Assembly (NCBI GenBank): GCA_030295235.1
Contig: AP026141.1
Coordinates: 248,001-312,000 of the forward strand
Direction of reading: 5' to 3'
Length of the DNA: 64,000 nucleotides
From: Fistulifera solaris
Lineage: Eukaryota
Shown: one piece after another, positions 57,945 to 64,000 of the stretch
Layout: each line of letters opens with the position of its first letter
Position numbering within the stretch: position 1 is the stretch's first letter
Notes under the pieces: model-generated
Seen by the model: only the letters and a program-made list of their open reading frames with translations
What the model was told of the DNA's origin: nothing
Databases searched by the model: none
Position numbers and translations under genes: made by a program

Positions 57945-60900
57945 TTACAAAGAGTCGAGTTGCTTCTTGAGCGCCTCAATTTGCGCCTGAACACCGGCCG
58001 CTTTGATTGCCTTGACCTTGGCAAGCACCTCATCGGCTTTCTCCTCAAAGAAAGAAACGACAGCTTTGTTATCTTCCCAGTCGCCGCCGAAGAGTCCCTT
58101 GAGGTTGTCAACGGCTTGCTCCTTGCTCAATAGCCTGTTCGCAGAGCACATCTGCTCAACGTAGGCATCTTCGGCAATGCGCCTCTTGGCACGCCAGTAG
58201 AAGTACTCACGCGAGTCTTCCCAGGCAACGGCGTCTCGGATAACTCCCTTGGCCTTCATGCGACCAGTCTTGTCGTGCAAGTCGCAGAACTCAGTCGCGG
58301 CTTGTAGGTACACAGGCTTCAATTGTTCTTCGCGAGCAGCAATTTGATCCTTGATGGCGGCCTTGTCCTCTTCGTCGTCGCACATCTCAAGCTCGGCGTC
58401 GAGCATCTTTAGCTGAGGATCGATGCGGTGCATGACCTTGAGTTGATCAGGGAAGCGGAACTTAATCTCGGCAATACCGGCAGGCTCCAAGATACCACCA
58501 CGAGAGTCGGGGTCGGCGTACATCTCCATCTTCTCACTGTTGATGGTTGGGTCAACAACGACCCACGATCCACCACGAAGTTCACCATGAGGAGGAAGGT
58601 AAATGTAAACAGGGTTGCTGTATTCGCGAAGAGCATCGACAATCATGGCACCGAACTTGAGAATCTCACCGGCCATGTCACGACTTCCTCCGGAGAATCC
58701 ACGCCAGTTGGCGAAAATCATAACAGGAAGACCCTCCTTATCGAAATCACGGAGTGCTTGGGCAACCTTATAAGAAGAGTCGGGGAACAAGACTTGACCA
58801 GCTTGCGGTTGAACGGCCTCGCGAGAATTGGGGTCAGCAGGATCGGCAGGAATGATCTTGTCAACAAGACGAGTCTCGACTGCGATGGCACCCATCGGAA
58901 TACCACCCAAACGACCACGACCAACAACGACACTCTTGCCCCATCCGGACAAATACTCCTTCCATGTTCCTTCATCGAAGAAACCGAGCTTGTCGCTGGT
59001 ACCTGACAGCATGAGGCGGGGATCATAAGGAGTCGGGGTAGGTCTCCAAGCAACCTTACGGTCGATCGGGTCTCCAGCCATGCGGGCAGCTGGGGCGGCA
59101 CCAACTGTTTTGGGAACGAAACTCAACCACTTCATCATTGCGGCAACACCGGCTTGGTCGTCCTCTACGACATCATGGGCAACACCGTTGGGGTACATGA
59201 TTTGCGGTCCTCCAAGCTGGTCTTGAGACGTGTAGACTTCACGACCAAGGAGCTTGTTGAGAGCGGAGTACCCAGTGAGGATGATAGGACCCTGTTCCAT
59301 TTGAATGACACGCTGTCCGAGACGAACCAAGTAGGCTCCGATACCCACACTGCGACCAGTTACGTAACTCAACGTGAAAATTTCGTCATAGGATCGAGAA
59401 GTCTCTCCTGCAATCTTTCCACTGCCTTGAAGATTCTCTACACCAATGCCGTGCTTCGTACCGATAACGTCAGTAAGGGCCCAACCCTCAGGAACCTTCT
59501 TTGCAAGCACAGTGCCTTCGGCAAGACCCTTGTGATCTTCGTCGGAGAGGTAGAGGTAATCGAAACCCTTGCTGGGGTTGGAGGGGTCGGAAAATTTGAT
59601 ATTAATCTTCGACTTGAGCTCATCCACGAGACCGATACGAGCACCGGCATTGCATGCAATGTAGAGGCGAGGAAGCTTGTTCTCACGAGCATACTTGGAT
59701 GCCTTGAAGTACATTTCATCTTCCTCAACTCCAAACGAACCGCTCTGCACAGTAACATCGTTGGCAATCAAGACAACATCACGACATTCGGGGTATTCGG
59801 GGGTTTTCATGGTGAGCTCCCAGGCAACCATACCAACGTTGTTGGTTCCTACTGGTCGTGATCCCTTGATCAATTCACCATCAGGGCCTTCAATGAGTTC
59901 TGTCGACTTGAAAGGCTCAACCGGAATTTCAACGCTGGAGCCAGCAGGAAGCGAATCAATGTATTGGTCCCATTCACTGTAAAGAGCGACCTCCATAAGT
60001 CCCAAGAAGTCGTACGCGTAGGTAGAGCCGACGCGACGGGCAATGGCGCGCTTCGTCTGGACCGTAGTTGAAGCACCGTAGTTATCAAGCAGGCAGGAAT
60101 CAGTGACACCGGATTCATCCAAGCTGCAAAACTCAACGGTCAAGCCAGAAGCCGGATCAGGGTTCTCAATGTAAACTGTAGGTTTCAACCACTCTCCGTC
60201 AACCGAAGAAGCAACAAGTCGGATGTTCTGGATGACTCCGCCTTCCGATGCAACACGAACCTTGACTTCGATCTCGTCTACACGGAGCTTGAGAAGACGC
60301 TGTGCTAGCTTGGTCTTCAAGACCGACATGGTCTTTTGAAGTTAGCGGCAAGCTGCTGAGGTGTAACACCCTCGACCTCGTGAGAGAGTGGAGGAATACA
60401 CGAGAAGACGATTGCATGCTGACTTTTGGGTTGGACTGGACGCGTTCGAGTTCATCGAGACCGGTTTGCAAAGCGCGAATAGCACCATGTTCAGTGACAA
60501 GGCCAGGGCTGTGAGAGATACCGCGGACGAAGACCACTTGAGGAGCACCACCACGAGGAGCTCGAGCCATCTTTTCACTTCCAAGGTAGATCTGGACGTT
60601 GCGTCCAATAGCAGGAAGGCGGTCAAGGTCGAAGTTGGCACTCAATCGTCCCAACTCAAGAAGGTGGTGGAATGTAGGGCGCATGTTACGTCGGAGGGGG
60701 TCCTCACGGTAGTCGTCGCATTCAGGGAAGGTATAGTAAGCAGGGTCTTTCTTTTCCTGAGGGAACAAGATGTTTACCGTACGGACGCCGAGAAGCTGAA
60801 GTTTGGACTTTTCTTTGGCAAGGATCTTCTCAAGTTCGGCAATGTCAGCCCCTCCAGTTGAAAGGGCAATGTGGAGCATGTTCAAAGGTCCAGCTTCATT

Positions 60901-63900
60901 GCGGGCAGGCTTGTCACCGATGGCTTCGGACAAGTCATCCAAGATGGCGGGGAATTGCTTGGCAAGGGCAGCAGCATCGTCCACAACAGAGAGCATACCT
61001 TGGCGCACAGGTGCTTTCGACTGCTCGATTTCGGCCCACTGGAACTGGAAGGTGGTGGTGGCCCGTCCATTGATGTCGGTGACTTTCACATCCAACATGC
61101 GCTGGGCGCGGTAGACACGACGAATGTACGTCTCAAGAGCAGCTCGCTGGACGCTCTTGTCAGAGTCGGCGAACAAGTTGCTGAGAAGATCGACACCAGC
61201 AGAAAGAGTCGAGCTTCGCGAAAGCACTTCCAAATCAGTCTTGGAGTCAGCAAGTTGGGAACGGAGTTCGGCAACGCGGCTTTCGAAAGGAGGCACCTTC
61301 GAAAGACGGATCAAGTTGTCGGCAAGCAAAGCAATCTCACCATAGGCCTTTCCTTTGAGCGCAGTGAGGTCCTTGAGGAGACCGTAGAACTGTTCGGAAA
61401 GTTGAGAAGCTCCAAAGCGATCGATGAGCGCCTCAGCTTGGCGCAACATAGCAAGAACAAGACCGCAACGCTGCTTGAGGGCAATGTGGGCCTGGTTTTC
61501 CTTGATGACGACATCCAAGCTCTCGGTGTTGGCCTTGGTCAATTCGCGAACGACATCATCACGTAACTTTCCGGCGAAAATGCTTTCAACACGCAAAAAT
61601 TCACTGAGACCTTCGGTGATAAGGGATGTGGAAGCTTCAAGATTGTCCATGTCGAAAGCGGCTTGCACGGCACGGTCAGCATCGCCATTGTAACCAGCAA
61701 GAATGTTCTTGATCGCGCTTTCAGGGGTGACGACAGTTGGCACTTCGGGCAAATCAAGCTTGTCGGTGAAGGTACCAATCTTCTTCACCTTGGAGGGGTC
61801 TTTCAACTCGAGCGAGGCGAGAAGATCACCGGCAGAGATGACGGATCCAGGAGAAAGGTTGTGGGTAATCTTTCCGCTTTCTCCAGCCTTGAGCGGCATG
61901 ATCATCTTCATTGCTTCAACCTCGACGAAAGGCTGACCGGCTTCCACCTCGGCTCCATTGTCCTGCAAGTATCGCACAACCTTTCCGGTAACGTCCGTTC
62001 GCAACTCGGATGGATCGAAAATCGTCGGCCTGCGACAAGAAAGATTGAGTTGATTTGCACAATACAGTTTGACGTTTTCAGCTCACACAAATACTTACAT
62101 GAGAATGGTGTTTCCGTCCAAAACAAGACGAAGACCCAGGGGCTCGTCCATACCGTCAATGCGGTGGGTCTCTCCTCCAAAGGTAGCAAGAAGAGCACCT
62201 TCGGCAGTCACAGTGTAGGAAACGTCAATGGCGTTGGAACCAAGCGTGAGGCGGAACGATTCATCCGATGTTCGCTCGACATGGAACGGGTACTTAATGT
62301 CTTTGTAGGCCACTTCCACATCGAACGAGTTGAGCGATGGGATGGCGGCAACCGAAACTTGACCTTTCTGGAACGACTCTTTAATTTCTGCAGATACAGT
62401 CTCGACATGCTTGAACGCACGGTGCACGGCAGCCGAAACAACCACCAAATGAGGAGGCAACTCAATCTGAACCAACTTCTCGCGGATGATACCATCCAAC
62501 CACGAGGTGTCAATCGTGTTCTCAATGAAAGCAGGCGTTTCCAACAGTTGAACCAAGTACTCCACCGTGGTGCGGATTTCACCACGCACTTCCATTTCTT
62601 TCAACGCCAAGATAAGGGATCGGCGGGCCGCTTCACGGTTGGGTCCCTTGGCAAACAAGTGACCGAACTGACTGTCCGCAAACTCGTGAATTCCACCGTT
62701 GGCGCCGACGCTAAAGTATCCCCAAACGTTGCTAGTGGACTGGAACTTGATGCGCTCAATCGATCCGGATGTGGGCTTGAAACCTTCATCGGGGTTCTCG
62801 GCCGTGATACGCGCCGCAATGACGTGCGAGTCAATGGGCTGGTAGTCTTCTTCCATAAAGTCAATCTTATCCGTTCCCCACAAATCTTCGCGTCCGTAGA
62901 GCTTGCGAATTTCGGGAATGTTGTACAGCGGAATACCCATGGCAACCTGCAATTGGGTGGCCGGCATGTTGACTCCCGTGATTCCTTCCGTCACCGGGTG
63001 CTCGACTTGCAAACGGGGGTTGAGTTCGAGGAAAAAGTACTTGTCCGTGTCGGCATTGTACAAGTATTCCACGGTACCGGCGCCAATGTAGCCAATGGAC
63101 TGCGTCAATCGTTGGGCGGCACGCTGCATCTCCTTGAAGGTGTCGGGCTTGGCAATGGTCGGAGGACCTTCTTCAAAAATCTTCTGGAAACGACGTTGCG
63201 TCGAGCAGTCACGACCGTTCAAGGCCACGGCGTTCCCATGCTGATCACCGACAATCTGGACTTCCAAGTGACGAGCATTCTTACAGAGCTGCATGACAAA
63301 GATGGGGGATCCAACGACTTCGTTTTGAACTTGAATGTAAGCGTTGCGAAGATCTTTCTCGTTGTCGACAAAACGAATACCCTTTCCACCACCTCCCTCG
63401 GAAGCCTTGATCATGAGACCGTTCTCGTATCCGATGCGTTCGGCGGCTTCCACGGCTTCCTCTACGGTACGGCAGGTAGCTTTCTCAAAAATAGCGTCGG
63501 GAATGGTTCCCTTTTCGTTGAGTTCGGCTTGCAACGGACCATCGTCGGGGCCCCCGTAACTTCCACTCCACGGAATGGAGGGCACATTGGCGGTTTGCGC
63601 CAAAATGTTGGCGGCAATCTTGTCTCCCAATACCGCCATGACCGGAGCGGTGGGTCCAATGAATTTAATGCCCAAAGCGCTCAGGGTTTCGGGCAATTCG
63701 GGCTTTTCGGACGCGTGTCCCCAACCGGGCCAGACGGCATCCACGCCTTGTTCTTGCGCAATCTTGCTAATGACCGCCACATTGGCGTAGTTGTTCAAGT
63801 TCTTGCCACCGGGAACTTCGACAAAGGAATCCGCGAGACGAATGAATTCGGCGTTGGCCTTCAAGTCTTCCGGGGTGGCCATGGCCACAAAGGTAATGGC

Positions 63901-64000
63901 GCGTTCGTCCCCGAGCGTCATGTAAGCCCACTGACGCATCGACAGAATCGATTTGGTGGCCGCCATACCGTTGTTCGCAATGAGGACTTTGCGAATGACG
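57945..64000 (-). CDS. ACC: Homomeric acetyl-CoA carboxylase (BC-BCCP-CT), 5' end outside the window
   Basis: KVLIANNGMAATK, WPGWGHASE, KASEGGGGKG, ELNPRLQVEH, biotin site EAMKM, ANWRGFSGG; intron 62030-62098; indels near 60330-60385. Confidence 0.97.

Noticed and set aside
5046..62004. Frameshifts in lepA, DUF1995, PPR, TRAPPC6, UBA, DoxX, LRR2, HUS1, ACC and others as pseudogenes or programmed frameshifting
   Set aside because: They are single-base indels, mostly in homopolymer runs, spread across many essential and otherwise intact genes. This is best explained by long-read assembly error; short-read polishing would test it.
310..63790. Many long antisense or overlapping ORFs (e.g. 310-1041, 17343-18071, 54458-55270, 59154-59861, 60871-61566)
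   Set aside because: Shadow frames of real genes or low-complexity sequence, with no recognisable motifs.

Overview
Gene-dense eukaryotic nuclear DNA, most likely a pennate diatom (inference). The basis is short 60-100 nt GT-AG introns, several bipartite signal + ASAFAP-type plastid presequences, and diatom-style LRR, HSF and RXL-motif secreted proteins. About 33 protein genes are supported: Nse3/MAGE, plastid lepA/GUF1, SEL1L/HRD3, choline/ethanolamine kinase, DUF1995, PPR, otubain, CpcT/CpeT-like, TRAPPC6, LYRM7-like, UBA protein, HSF, MFS, telobox-Myb, S1 protein, three secreted LRR paralogues, HUS1, GAR1, ALG2, and a homomeric acetyl-CoA carboxylase that runs off the right edge. Many conserved genes carry 1-nt indels, mostly in homopolymers, most likely long-read assembly errors. 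Main unexplained signals: (1) a dispersed intergenic bipartite element, a CATGACTGAAATGCAGTCGTG dyad followed by about 12-13 variable nt and then TACACTTTGGNCYWTAG, in about 9 copies; (2) a three-gene cluster of type-I membrane proteins sharing a Cys-patterned domain, one of which looks like an RXL-processed silaffin-like polyprotein; (3) a UBA + herpes-tegument-type deubiquitinase-like protein; (4) a 73-aa spliced ELM2-motif microprotein missed by the ORF track; (5) an 18-bp-arm foldback; (6) a probable decayed Ty3/Gypsy RT fragment. No rRNA, tRNA or CRISPR array was recognised.
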